A stretch of 59,457 nucleotides of DNA from NCBI GenBank assembly GCA_000934665.2, contig JYFJ02002301.1:1-59457 (forward strand). The letters are read 5' to 3'. This document shows positions 12,601-24,012 of this stretch, one piece after another. Numbering within the stretch: position 1 is the stretch's first letter; every line of letters starts with the position of its first letter. The stretch comes from Catajapyx aquilonaris. Taxonomy: Eukaryota. A model generated the notes under the pieces. That model saw only the letters and a program-made list of their open reading frames with translations, was not told the DNA's origin and ran no database searches. Both the position numbers and the translations under genes were made by a program.

Positions 12601-15600
12601 GGATCAAGTATTTCTGGGGCCAAACTTAACCTTGGTAAGGAAGTAACGTCATTTTCCCTGGAGTAAGTCTCACAACTGACTCTTTCCTGCAGGAGGAATT
12701 ATTGCTCTGGGAGTTTTCGGAGGATTTGTTTTCCTCGCAGCCATCATCACAACTATTGTCATTCTTGTCAGGAGGTGAGTTGTAGACGCTTAGTTTTTCT
12801 TCCTGCATGTGGTTCTGCCTCTGTTAGTTTTCCAACAATAACAGCTTCTTGTATCAGTGAGAAGTAACACTTCTTTGTCTTTCTCTGGAACCAAAAAGTA
12901 CCCTTCGTAACAAAATACTACCAAATTATTGATCTCATGCATGCAGAATAAATAATTATCATATCTCCGTGAGATTTAGCTACCTTGTAAAACTAATTAC
13001 AGAATATACTGTATTATTGATGACTGTTAACCACTTACAAGTAGAAAGTTGCATAGTATCTGTATAATGACGCATTTAGACATCGTGGACATCCTAAAAA
13101 GTGTGTCAAGGCCCAAATAAAGAAGCGCTAATTTTGTTCTTACGTTAGTTGTCAACCAATTAGCCAGTGGACGGTGAAAAATATTCATAAGAGATGTATG
13201 TCATTTTTCTAGCAAGAGACGAACGGATCTCTTGTCTGATGAGTCGAAGCACTCTCAGTTCTACACTCTGCTGGCCCTCCCATTTCCCGATCAGCACGTG
13301 GGCCAGCGAGACCTCTCGTGCAAATATCGTAACTGTGCAGGCTATTTTTCTAACCATTGACGATGCCAGCAAGTGGGGAAAAGGTATTGTGAATCCAAAT
13401 CACTCCCTTCTTAGCATTCCCAGAAACGAGCACCTGGATTACAAGCCAGCAGTGTAGTTTTGCACCTTCGGTATTCACGGTGGGCTTGACATTACATTAA
13501 GTGGAAATACACAGCGAGACGTAACTCCGCGCGAAGCACTGCCAGTGCATGGTTTTTTGCATGGTGTCACCAAACTAGTGACAGAATTGCAATTCCTTTT
13601 TCCTGCTTGCTTACCAACTCATGCTTCTGCTTTCCCTCCAACGCTGCAGGTTTAATCATAATATTGGTGGAAGTTAAGCGATGAAGTGGCTATGGCCTGT
13701 ACGCTGTACCGCATTTTTGTGATGCGAATTTTTGACTTCTAGCCCCAACTGACACAACGACCGTTATCGTACTGTACATGTTTGAAGATATTCAGGCATG
13801 TTTTATGTGACGGCGATATGTCAAAAAAGTTTAGACCTACAGTATGGTCGAAACTTTTGTTGACATGCATAGTGCAAGTATATCGTATATAAAGAATTTG
13901 ACGAGTGTGCTTATAAATTTTCAGCGAGTAAAATAATCACGCATGGGAAAATTCTTGGAATCAGTTTCATAAAAGAGCCATAACCTCACTATCTCCATAG
14001 CTACTAGCCAGCGAAGCGATAAGTGGTTTAAAAAATATTTTTTACGATCAACTCTGCTTCAGCTTCACTTCCGCTTGCCTGACATTATCAGAAGTACACA
14101 TCAAATTCAATCCCAAGCTTGTCAGAAAGAAACGTGGCAGCAGCGTTTTATTTTTCGACGTTGCAGTTTCTCTAGTTCTTCACAATAAATCCGTTTGACT
14201 CCACCAGACTCGAGGCGGGAATGGACTGTAATAGTGAACTTTCGCGGTTCACAGTTAGAGAGGACAAACTTTAAAATTTTGGAAAATCTGAAGGCTGTAA
14301 CACAATTATTGGCCTTGAAAGAGTGTAGATAGAGTCTCGCGAAGGGGTAACCTTCGCGGAGATCTCTCTCGGCTTTACCGATTAGCAATCTTGATATATT
14401 ATACACACAAGGCACATAGAGTTAGCACTATATCTCTGAGTGTTAAGCTTCTAACTCACATCCTTCACGTCACAAAAATCCTTATGCATTGTTGAGACTG
14501 GCTCTTCTTCACACTATACTTTCTCAGCTACACGGATGACCCTCATATACTGTATTATGACACTGGCCTACTGTAGCTAACTTAGGGTCGATCTCTGGAC
14601 CATCCATGGAAGGTTCTATTACACAACTTATTTGGCCAAAATGTACAGATGTATCTCTTGAATTCGCAGAGACTTCGAAAATTCTTGGGTACCACGTGAG
14701 TTAAACCATTCCAATTCGTGTTTCAGGGCCAATGTTTTCTGATAGGCTACACTCGCTACAGAATATAATATGCAGAGTGCATTACCACACGTTGCACGAC
14801 TGCATAGCTGTACTGTACAGAAGTGTTACAAGAAATTGTCATACATAAAATGTTCCGCATGACAGCAATGACACTTGGGCTCCTGTATTATAGTGACATA
14901 TTTTCATAATAATGCATGAAGGCTATGTTGCACCATTTTCCATCAATAACTCTAATTATTGTACAGTACTTTTAATGTATATATTGATGTCACAGTTTGT
15001 CAAAACGACTGCCACTATAATCCAATAGCATACTATCTGGAACTGAAGTATTCTTACCGATTTAGAATTAAAGTGCACGGCAATAATAATAATTCTCTAA
15101 GGCTAAGCCATGTCAAGACTAGTAGGAGAAATACAGTAATAGAGCTTCAAAATAATACCACAATTCAAATTTCATGTGTGACTTATGCAGCCTCCCCAGT
15201 TGCTATTCACCTAAGATATGTCTTTTAAGACGAAGTTAACTGTTGATATTTGTGCTGCATATTTCTGTGCAAATGATGGTTTGTAGCAGCTCATTGTGGC
15301 AACTTCGGTAGTGAAGACTAGATGGAGCATAAGTACTGAATATGCTTACAAAAGTCTTTATATCTATACCATTAGTGTAAACCACCCTGTAAATACTGTA
15401 TATCTATTGATAGGAATACCAGCATTCGAACTCCGGATCGAATTTCTCTCGAATCTAGCATTCGAACTCTGGAGGGTTCCAAGTTAAGGTAGTTCGAAGG
15501 ACGAGGTACCACAGTATGGGAAAGGGAGAGAAGGGTTGTTGTATGTGCATTTTTCACTAACACTTGCATTCTGTCCTTCCTACTGATGTCATAAACATTG

Positions 15601-16431
15601 GAGCCAGGCAATATTAGCATATATTCCAGGCCAATATTCCAGCCAATATGAGCACCATTGAGCTGGCATAAGAGCTGGCATTGGAGCATACCATTTTCCA
15701 CTCATAAAGTAGGTACAGTGGATTGTTCGAACTCTCAAGCTCAATTCCTATTGCAACTCCATGAGCTATGGTACTGTATAATTATGTGTGTAATGATACA
15801 CAAATGTAACTATGTTCATATGTCAAAATGATGTACATTCTACATGTATGCACTACATTATACCCCATAGAAACACAATTGTTAACTCTGCCAGAATCCT
15901 AACAGCGCTTCTCTCTTTTCCATCGGTAGGAACAACAGCAACAGGCATTACAGAAGGCGCAACTCCCCTGACAGCCATACCATAACATCAGTGGATTCCT
16001 CTGGTTCAGAGTCCCACCAGGGGCTAAACAAGTACTACCGGAAGGCATGGGAGCACCTGCATGAAACAGCCAGTCGTTCTGCCCTTAGACAACACCTGGC
16101 AGAGTCAGAGGGTAAGCCCTCCAGCACTGGATTAAACAATGGGCATCACCACCATCACCACCACCACCACCACAACAATCATCACCACCAGCCTGTCAGC
16201 CGGAAGGAAACACTAGATGAGCCCAACTACAGGAGCAGCCGAGGGTCTGAGGTAGTGCGAGATGGAACAGAGCTCATTGTGAGCGATGCCAACTATCCCA
16301 TGAACAAGACACAAGCTGGTGGATCAAGGAAGCACCACCATCATCATGGGCAGGGGGCATCTACAAGTAGGCATGCTGCTGATCTGGAGTCCGATCATGA
16401 CTGGCAAGGGAGGTACCGAAACAGACACTGA
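9616..16431 (+). CDS. Type I membrane protein: F-type lectin (FTP) domain, C-type lectin domain, three sushi/CCP domains, TM helix and His-rich cytoplasmic tail (Drosophila CG9095/furrowed-like); 5'-incomplete
   Basis: Exons joined at GT-AG sites with consistent phase: 9616-9828, 10855-11072, 11147-11570, 11630-11806, 11867-12046, 12132-12314, 12371-12634, 12693-12774, 15930-16431 (TGA). Motifs: FTP (NVAAGKAPMQSS..KAVDG..PWWYVNL..LSLCEAFVY); CTLD (KCYVF..AKQFC..YWMG..WSDTNC..FICQ); three C-P..Y.C..G..L.G..C..G..P.C sushi repeats; TM GGIIALGVFGGFVFLAAIITTIVILV. The first exon begins in phase 1 and no start/signal-peptide exon was found in 1-9615. Confidence 0.88.
16144..16188 (+). repeat. (CAC/CAT)n coding microsatellite giving H10-NN-H3
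   Basis: catcaccaccatcaccaccaccaccaccac aacaat catcaccac, in frame in the last exon of the lectin/sushi gene. Confidence 0.9.
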
Positions 16432-17085
16432 GAGATTATATTGCGTCAACCAGACTGGAGTGGATAAGTCAGGCCTGCTGAATGCAATGTTCAGTTTCAT
16501 ATGGTTTTGTTAGAGGAAAAAGACATACCAATTACTGCCTATTTGAAATAATGGTGAATTTTGACCAGAAAACTCTACTAGATTTGTTTCATTGTTTAAA
16601 AAAAAAAATCAGAAACAAACACCTGTCAATGTTATTGATTGCAGTGATGTTTTCTGATCAGGCAAGGGTCATAACCATGCCAAAACAATAAAGGCACTAA
16701 CAGGTATATCTTTTATGTGGGTATGGTAATAATGTACTAGGGGCCTCAAGAATGATGCATCAACATGAGAGCGGTGTTCTCACTAATTGCTGCAGGTATT
16801 AATAAGTGCATTATTATAGCTACACTTGTGTGTGTGAAATGTGAGACTGTGGACTGTTAAGTGTGAATCCACAGATATGTGTTTTTAATTTTTCATTACT
16901 TCAGGAGCATAGCCTGGATGATGCTTTGAAATTGTCATTATTTGTGTGTGTGTTTTTACTATACCAATGACAGTCATGTTCCTTTTCCATTGCTCATGAT
17001 GTTGCTGCAGCCTTATGCGAGAAGGCTTGAAATATCTCGGGGTGTGAACATGGGTAGAATTAAGTTTGTTTTCATGCAGCCAGTA

Positions 17086-17142
17086 TTTATTTGTTTCTTA
17101 GAGGTGTAAAGTAATAAATTATTATAAGATGTATTGTTTATT
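17086..17142. terminator. Clustered opposing polyadenylation signals of the lectin/sushi gene (+) and the S28 gene (-)
   Basis: AATAAA on + at 17113-17118; AATAAA on - at 17137-17142 and 17086-17091. Confidence 0.5.
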
Positions 17143-17259
17143 TTCTCTTAAAATGATTTTAACATATTCCAATGAAATTTGACAACAAATTGTTAGGGTT
17201 ATTACACAAGAGTTCGTAATAAGCCACTTTCACATAATATCATGTCACTGCTACCTGAG

Positions 17260-19411
17260 TTATTCCTTGAGCCACTGAATAATCAGACTGTCAATTTGAC
17301 TTCTAGCATCAGACAGCTGTGGAAGATCATCTGGAGTAGGAGGGTACATATTTGCACAGTGAGCAGTACCTGTAAAAAAAACACACACACACACAGGATA
17401 AGAATCACATGAAAAATTGATAATCCATAAAAATCAATGACTCTGGTAATGATATAAATTCAATTGTCCAAAATATTACATGAATGCATCCGTAAGTCAC
17501 CTATAAACACTTAACTGTTCTTACCTTCAATGTAAATGGCTGGAGCATCAGGAGACAAGTCTTTCACAATTCCCAAGGCATGCCAGGGATCAATGGATCC
17601 ATTGGGGAACACAACTCTAGTCACATTTAAGTTATAGCCACCATAAAACGTATTGGTCCACTTAACTGCTCGAGAGAGTAGAGAAAGGTCATACTTAGGA
17701 CCAAAAATATCTGAGCATTGTTGGATAAAAAACTTGACAGGAAAAAAGTTTCCAAACGGCTGGTCAGTCAAGTCCGATGACTGGTAATATCCAAACTCAA
17801 CACAAGTTTGAAATGTCCACTGTCGACCTGTACCACAACAACAATGATGTTAGAAGAAGTAGACTAGTAGAGGCTTAAATAAATCAAGTCCCACCTCCTT
17901 CAGATGCACTGCTGTTCCATGAAGTCAGTCTCAAGCCCTTGATCATTGAGTCATACTTGAAATCCAGACACTTCTGTTGGTAAGTGTCCAGAATCAGACT
18001 ATTGACTGCTGCATATCGATCTAGAGCCTCCCCATACTTTGAATCAGTCATGATGTTGCACAGTACATCAATGGTAATGTTTGTTCCTTTTGCACCTTCA
18101 AAAGCACGGTTATCCCGATTATACTGGACCACATTCTCAAAATTTCCAGCCAGACTTTCATAGAGATTGGCCACATCTTTGGTGTTGGTGGGATCTAAGT
18201 CATCACAGAGCTTGAACATTTTTCGAACTGTTTTCAATCCAGCAGGATCACCAATCAATTTGACCAAATCATTTGTTGCCTGCTTGATTACTGGATTGCA
18301 TTGAGGATTGACGCTGTCCAGTGAATCTCTCACAACAGCAAGGTATTCTGCAATTAACGATCAGTAATTTTATTTTAAATAAATTCATTGCTTGTTATAC
18401 TGAACATTTTAAAAATCTTAACCCAGTCTTGGTACCCCCCCCCCCNAAAACAAACAAACAAAAAACAAAAACAAAACAAAACAAAACGCAAACTTAGTTT
18501 TTGTCAAAAACCTACATCAACTGTCTGGTCTAATTCATAATGGGATACAACCTTACCTTGAAAATTAATCTGAGCAAAAATAGGTGCACTAGTAGCTACT
18601 GAGGCATGGACCAAGTGGGGGTACTTGAGCCTATACCAAGCAGCCAGTGATCCTGGGTACGAGCCACCAAATGCAATCCACTTATTTCCGTTCAATTTAT
18701 ACTTTTCAATCATTGCCTGAGTAAAGGAGGCCAAATCAGCCAGGGCTTGCTGGCTGTTCAAGTACTGCAAATTCTTCACACTCATATCCCTGTTAAAGGA
18801 ATTGCAAGTCACATTATTGCTTGCTCAGGTGGCTCTTGATTCATACAGTATTGTACTCTTTCATACTCACTCTGTCGGCCTGCTTTTGCCATAAAATCGA
18901 TGCTCAAGTTGGAAGCAAAGTGCACCAAGTTTCCTAGCTAAGTCAATCCAATGTCCCTGTACCATCCAAGCTGATGATGCTTCTCCTTCACCACCAATCA
19001 TAAGAAATACTGGGCCATTCTTGTCCTTCCAGAAAGTGTCGTTGGTGTAATATCGCTGGTTAAAAGAATTAAAAGTGTAGGATACATTAGGCAAAAGCTA
19101 TAAGTCATGAGTAGGGAAATAAAAGCAGCTGCAATAATGAAGTATAAAACCACATGTTATTATCACTGCTGTTGCTGCTGTTGTTGTTGTTGTTGCACCT
19201 GTTTCCATGTCCTGTCGTCACTGGGGTTGAAGTGATCTAGTTTCTGCTGAAACCACTGATCAGGTGGCAGTTTCTGACCCTCAGGAACAGGGGGGCTACC
19301 AAGGTTTTTGAACCTAGTCAATCTGGATGGCCCACCAAGTCCCAAGGCCACCTGTGTCAGCAGCAGTGCTGTGCAGATGATGCCTGTAGTGGTCAACATA
19401 GATGTGGACAT
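17260..19411 (-). CDS. Peptidase family S28 serine peptidase (PRSS16 / K12H4.7-like), secretory or lysosomal, 498 aa
   Basis: Exons 19411-19199, 19055-18871, 18789-18557, 18347-17895, 17827-17525, 17369-17260 total 1497 nt. N-terminal signal peptide; [47 protein letters not shown]; catalytic triad contexts GGSYPG (Ser), NGSIDPWH (Asp), GTAHCANM (His). Confidence 0.93.
18435..18492. repeat. Poly-C run (with one N) followed by (AAAC/AAAAC)n microsatellite
   Basis: Directly visible, in intron 3 of the S28 gene. Confidence 0.85.
19165..19196 (-). repeat. (CAA/CAG)n microsatellite immediately after the exon 1 donor of the S28 gene
   Basis: Plus strand ctgctgttgctgctgttgttgttgttgttg, adjacent to the donor GT at 19198-19197. 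Confidence 0.85.
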
Positions 19412-19664
19412 GGTGATGTATCCTAGTTACATGTGCGAACAGTAGGAAGTCTTCTTTGCTGCCCAGTGCACAATAGTGGTGTGACAGTCGACACTCCAGC
19501 AACCTTCAGAATGCCAGATCCTTGTGAGTCAACAGCAGGATATGGTGACAGCTCCTGATTTGGTGACACTGTACATGAGACTTGTGACCTATTTGCATCA
19601 GATAAAAATCAGTTATGCTATCAGTCATTTGAAGGGTGAAGACATGTCGCAATGCTCTCTGCTG

Positions 19665-19674
19665 GTCATGTGAC
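19665..19674. promoter_or_regulatory. CLEAR/M-box-like element (GTCATGTGAC) upstream of the S28 peptidase
   Basis: One mismatch to GTCACGTGAC, about 255 bp upstream of the ATG, with a CCAAT motif near 19709. Motif match only. Confidence 0.45.
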
Positions 19675-22600
19675 GATGTGACCAGGCTGCTCTATTATCA
19701 TTCGCTGGCCAATGGCAACGGTGGAATGGGGAGCAGCGGTATTTCGAGGATTTCGAGCGTCGTCGTCACTTCACCAGTCCATTATTACATTAAGTTAGTG
19801 GTGTCTGTCGGTGGTGATGAGTCCGTAACACTTCCCACTCAAGGGCAATGTCTGCTGGTCCTCCACAGTCTGTAAGTACGGCACCACATCCACCCGACAC
19901 AATGCAATGAATAGATCACCGGCACGAGCTTCGTCAGCTGGGAGCCTGGGAAACAAACGTGCTCGTGGAGTTGTGGAGACATCGCCGCATCACAGGTGGC
20001 GGTAGTGAGCAGTATGGACAGACAGAGGCCTCTGGTGCCTTCATCTGAATAAGATGCTGGCACCACTGTAAACACTAGAGCTTTCTACTGCGTACGTGCT
20101 GCATCCACTACTTTACACCCCATAATAAAGACGTGGCCGTGTTGTAACTTTATTTTACTAATTGCTTGAAAAATTGAGAAACTGAAAGGGAAACAAGGTT
20201 ATGGCTGTCGTAAAGACAAAACGACAACACGTTTCTGCAATGAAGAGATATGCAGGTGAAAAAATCAGACACGGTCAGATCTCGAGCCTTGTTTTATTTC
20301 AACATTTTGCAAGTGTTCAAGTATAAAATTTCCAGTAAAAACATCAGGCAGCCTCTCTTTGAAATTCAAATTTATAAATGCAAGTGATTCTAATTAAAAG
20401 CTGTTTTTTTAAATCGGCAACAATGCTGTGTTGATAATCAGTGGGCTGCTAAATATTATTACAACAGTAGGCACAGTCTGGTCTAATGTTATTTATGTAC
20501 TAGGCCCAAGATTACAGTTCAATGTAAAACACCATCTTGACAAGGCGCATGAAACAAATATGAATATTAAGGTTATCTCACATCTCAGTCACATCCTTAG
20601 ACCTAAGTTATAGAAGTCTACTGTAATTACAAGGTCACAGTAGCTCACAATCACGTGTGCAAATGGCAAAAATCACTACTACTTTCACTACCTCACAGGC
20701 AACTCTAGGAACGTGTTGCTAACATTTCTTAGAGGTAATTTTGGCCGTAGCAACGAAACCAGATCATAAAAATAAACATAAATTTTGTTGCTTCGTAGAA
20801 CTGGAATGTCTTGCATATTAATGTATGAACACTATGTTATGCAAAGGATGAGCAGTGGTTTAATACAATAGGACTATTCGTACGTAAAATTCTACATAAT
20901 GGATGCTAATATTTTCCTACATGTAAATTTCGCCATATTTTCCTGAAATAACACATCTCTCTTAGAAGAAGGAGGCCGCAAAAGGGCACTGAACTGAACA
21001 AACCCTGAGAATGGCCTCCTATGACTAACTTGTCATTTATGGAGCGCCAAATATGAATAGGCTAACTTGTCAACCAGGGAAAGTCAGACAAATCATAATG
21101 AAACGGAATCTAACAAGTTCGAATGAGTTAAAAAAATTACTCGGAGGGGGACTGTTATGCAGGGTGCTACGTACTTCCCATGCAAATCGAATTTTGCAAC
21201 ATTATTGTTGAAACGTAGGCTATTAATTTTTATATTCCGCGTACTTCTACTGCTTGTATTGGGGATCTATTGGGGAGTAGATATAATCGTAACCGAACGT
21301 AGCAGTGTATCTACAAAACAAATCTCGGGAAGAAACTGAAAAGCAGGCCGCAATGTTGTCCCCTAGGGCTTGACTATACATGGTGATCCAAAATACTTTT
21401 CTGACTAATGTGAATATCTGTTTGCATGAAGCTTATTATTTTATAGCAGTTCCTTTCAATGTTTATCAAAAGTATTAATATTAATATTAGGCCGACCTGA
21501 ATCATTCATTCAAGATGTGAAATGCAATGTATTTTCGATTTAAAATTGCCTATTGGAAACAATTGGCATAATTGTCACCTCCATAAAAGAACCCACTTTG
21601 TGCATTCCAGACATCCTTACAGGCTTTAAAAAGTATGACTACATTAACCTAATATTAGTATATAATTAAAAGTGACTGCAAAGTAACTTGTAGAGTAAAG
21701 TAACTGCTAAAACATTAGTCATTTGTTTAGTGCCAACAAAATAATAACCATATTAGTCAGACAAGTGTTTTGCATCGCTGTACATTTTTAATGAAACTTT
21801 TAATTCTTCAGTCTTTCTCAAGCAATAACAGTGATAAAATATCGTCTCAAGAAGAAGTGCACTACACTGATCGAGATGCTTCAATTTTGATGGTAATCAT
21901 CCCTCTTAAAGCCCATGGTTCTAGACTCTAGACTTCTCGAGGAACACACTAAATATCCCTAATCAGACTGGATGTTGTCCGAAATAATGAGTATATTGAC
22001 AAAGTGTTAAAATAAAGTGGTACATTTACTGAGATTGCATTCTTTTAAAACTTCAAAGCCATTTTGGATAAGCATCGAAGTACAGGCGCATTTTTGTATA
22101 CGTGTTTTGCATAGCCAAATCAACAATCTAATATTGATATTAAGCAAAATATAACACGCGTGGTGTTAATAACGACATATAGATTCATTTTAGTCATGTA
22201 GTGCATAGGTAAATTAATGACCCCTGCAAACTGCCTCACTCCTCAGGCAGTAACAAATCATGTGTTTACCTCGAGGGCAATAGTCACCAATAAAATATTC
22301 ATCCATAATAAAAATCAGCATTAAATATTTTTAAATAGTAGGAACACTGTCTTGAGAACAAATTGCAGGTATCTGTGACGTTACTTCATTGCCTGTGACA
22401 CATATCTATGGCATAAAGGATCAACCTTGGGATCAACTATAGACTGGTGCATTGATCCCCCGTATAAATAGTCAAGAGGTACCAGCAACAACTAACTAAT
22501 GCAAGATCATGTCATAGATAGAATAACGACATCACTAATGAACAAAAAATAAGAAGATATTGAGCAGTTAAAATTCAATTTAAGTACGGTTCTGTACATC

Positions 22601-24012
22601 TGGAATTTGATTAGAATGTGTTTCTGAAGAATTCGTCATGTACTGTACGCAAGTCACAAATTGTGATGTATCACTTGTGCTGTCGTTTCTTAGGCGTTCA
22701 CAACCCTGGCGCAAGTAGCCATATTAAAATGTCGGGAAATTAAGCCATTTGAGAGAAACAATAGCTAGTGGTATATACGCCCCAAGTTGTGAGGGGATCA
22801 GCGTATTTGACCAAGTTCCTCCGAGACACCGCATACTATATAACTATTGTCATATCTACAGCACTGGTTCCACAGTGACATTTACTGAATTAGCAGCCTT
22901 GAGATAAACTGTTCTCCTCGTTTCCAGGTTATGACACCCATCGCTGTTTGAGATTTTTAAATTACAAAGAGATTCGTCGAAGGAGATGACTTAGCTATAT
23001 TGCGATAACTAACAAATTTTTAAAATTAATTATTCACTACCCAGTATTTTCAAGTGTATGTGGCAAAATTCTATTAGAATATTATGTAGTCTACTGATAT
23101 GTGACTCATAATGCACTTCCGAAAGTAAGAAATTAAGTGTTGGATTGTTTTAGAAAGAGTAGGTGGAACCCTCACATTATTTGCAAGGCCTGCGTAACAT
23201 TTAATCCAATAATAATTTAATTTCAGTCGTACTATCTTGTTCCATGTGAAAAATTGATAGGCTCGGAAAAACAATACCAGCTACACCGCCGCTTGGGAAA
23301 TATTTAAAAATATGATAACAATAATCTAGTAAACGTATTTACTTGTGTAATTACTCAAAATTTTGATACTCAATGCAATGTTCAATACATCGATGTGCCT
23401 GCTTAAATTATATTGAACTTCATTATGTACTGTACATTCAATATCTAGCATACTTCGCAACATTAATTAGTGGAAATATTGATTACGCTAATTTATAATC
23501 ATGTTGCATAATCTATGACTGCTCTTGCTCCGAGTCTGTCAATTTTTGCTCACCCTCATTTGAGTGATTGCAGGTGTCAAAATATTATCAACCTCATCTA
23601 CTGACTAGGACATTCTCTATTAGTTTTTCTCTAGGGGTCAGCAACACTAGTGAAGCTATGTAACAGTGGGAAGTTATGTAATGCGTGTGTGTATTCATTT
23701 GGCACTCAATCTGATTTTCAGGGAAGTATAATAATTCACTGTGTAACCCAGTGAAAACACCATATCTGGTGGGGAATGAATGATAAACATACATTGATTA
23801 AGGGGGGAAATGCTGCCAACCCCAGTACACACCCTCAGGGTTTAAATATTACTTTGTTCATCTCTAAACATGAATGTTTAGTATAAAAAGCAGGACGGCG
23901 CTACTGCTGGTCTGTACTTTCAGTCCATTTCACACAAATGAAATTGCAAGCTCGTGTCCTACGAAGACATTATGTATGTACACAGTCTTCTTAGAAGACC
24001 AATAGATTTCTC

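Noticed and set aside
13236..13260. CTGATGAG as a hammerhead ribozyme core (similar hits near 30391 and 55264)
   Set aside because: No stem II followed by GAAA, and no compatible stems I and III.
15420..15516. TTCGAA repeats ending CGAGGTACCACAGTA, like a pogo/Tigger MITE end
   Set aside because: Only one terminus is recognisable, so the element cannot be delimited.
16429..16470. Stop-codon readthrough of the lectin/sushi gene
   Set aside because: Context is TGA-GAG, not a leaky TGA-C context, and the extension would be short and featureless.
21815..21828. 14-nt match (minus strand TTATTGCTTGAGAA) to the 5' part of arthropod miR-137 as I recall it
   Set aside because: The 3' part diverges and no precursor hairpin is evident; likely chance in AT-rich DNA.
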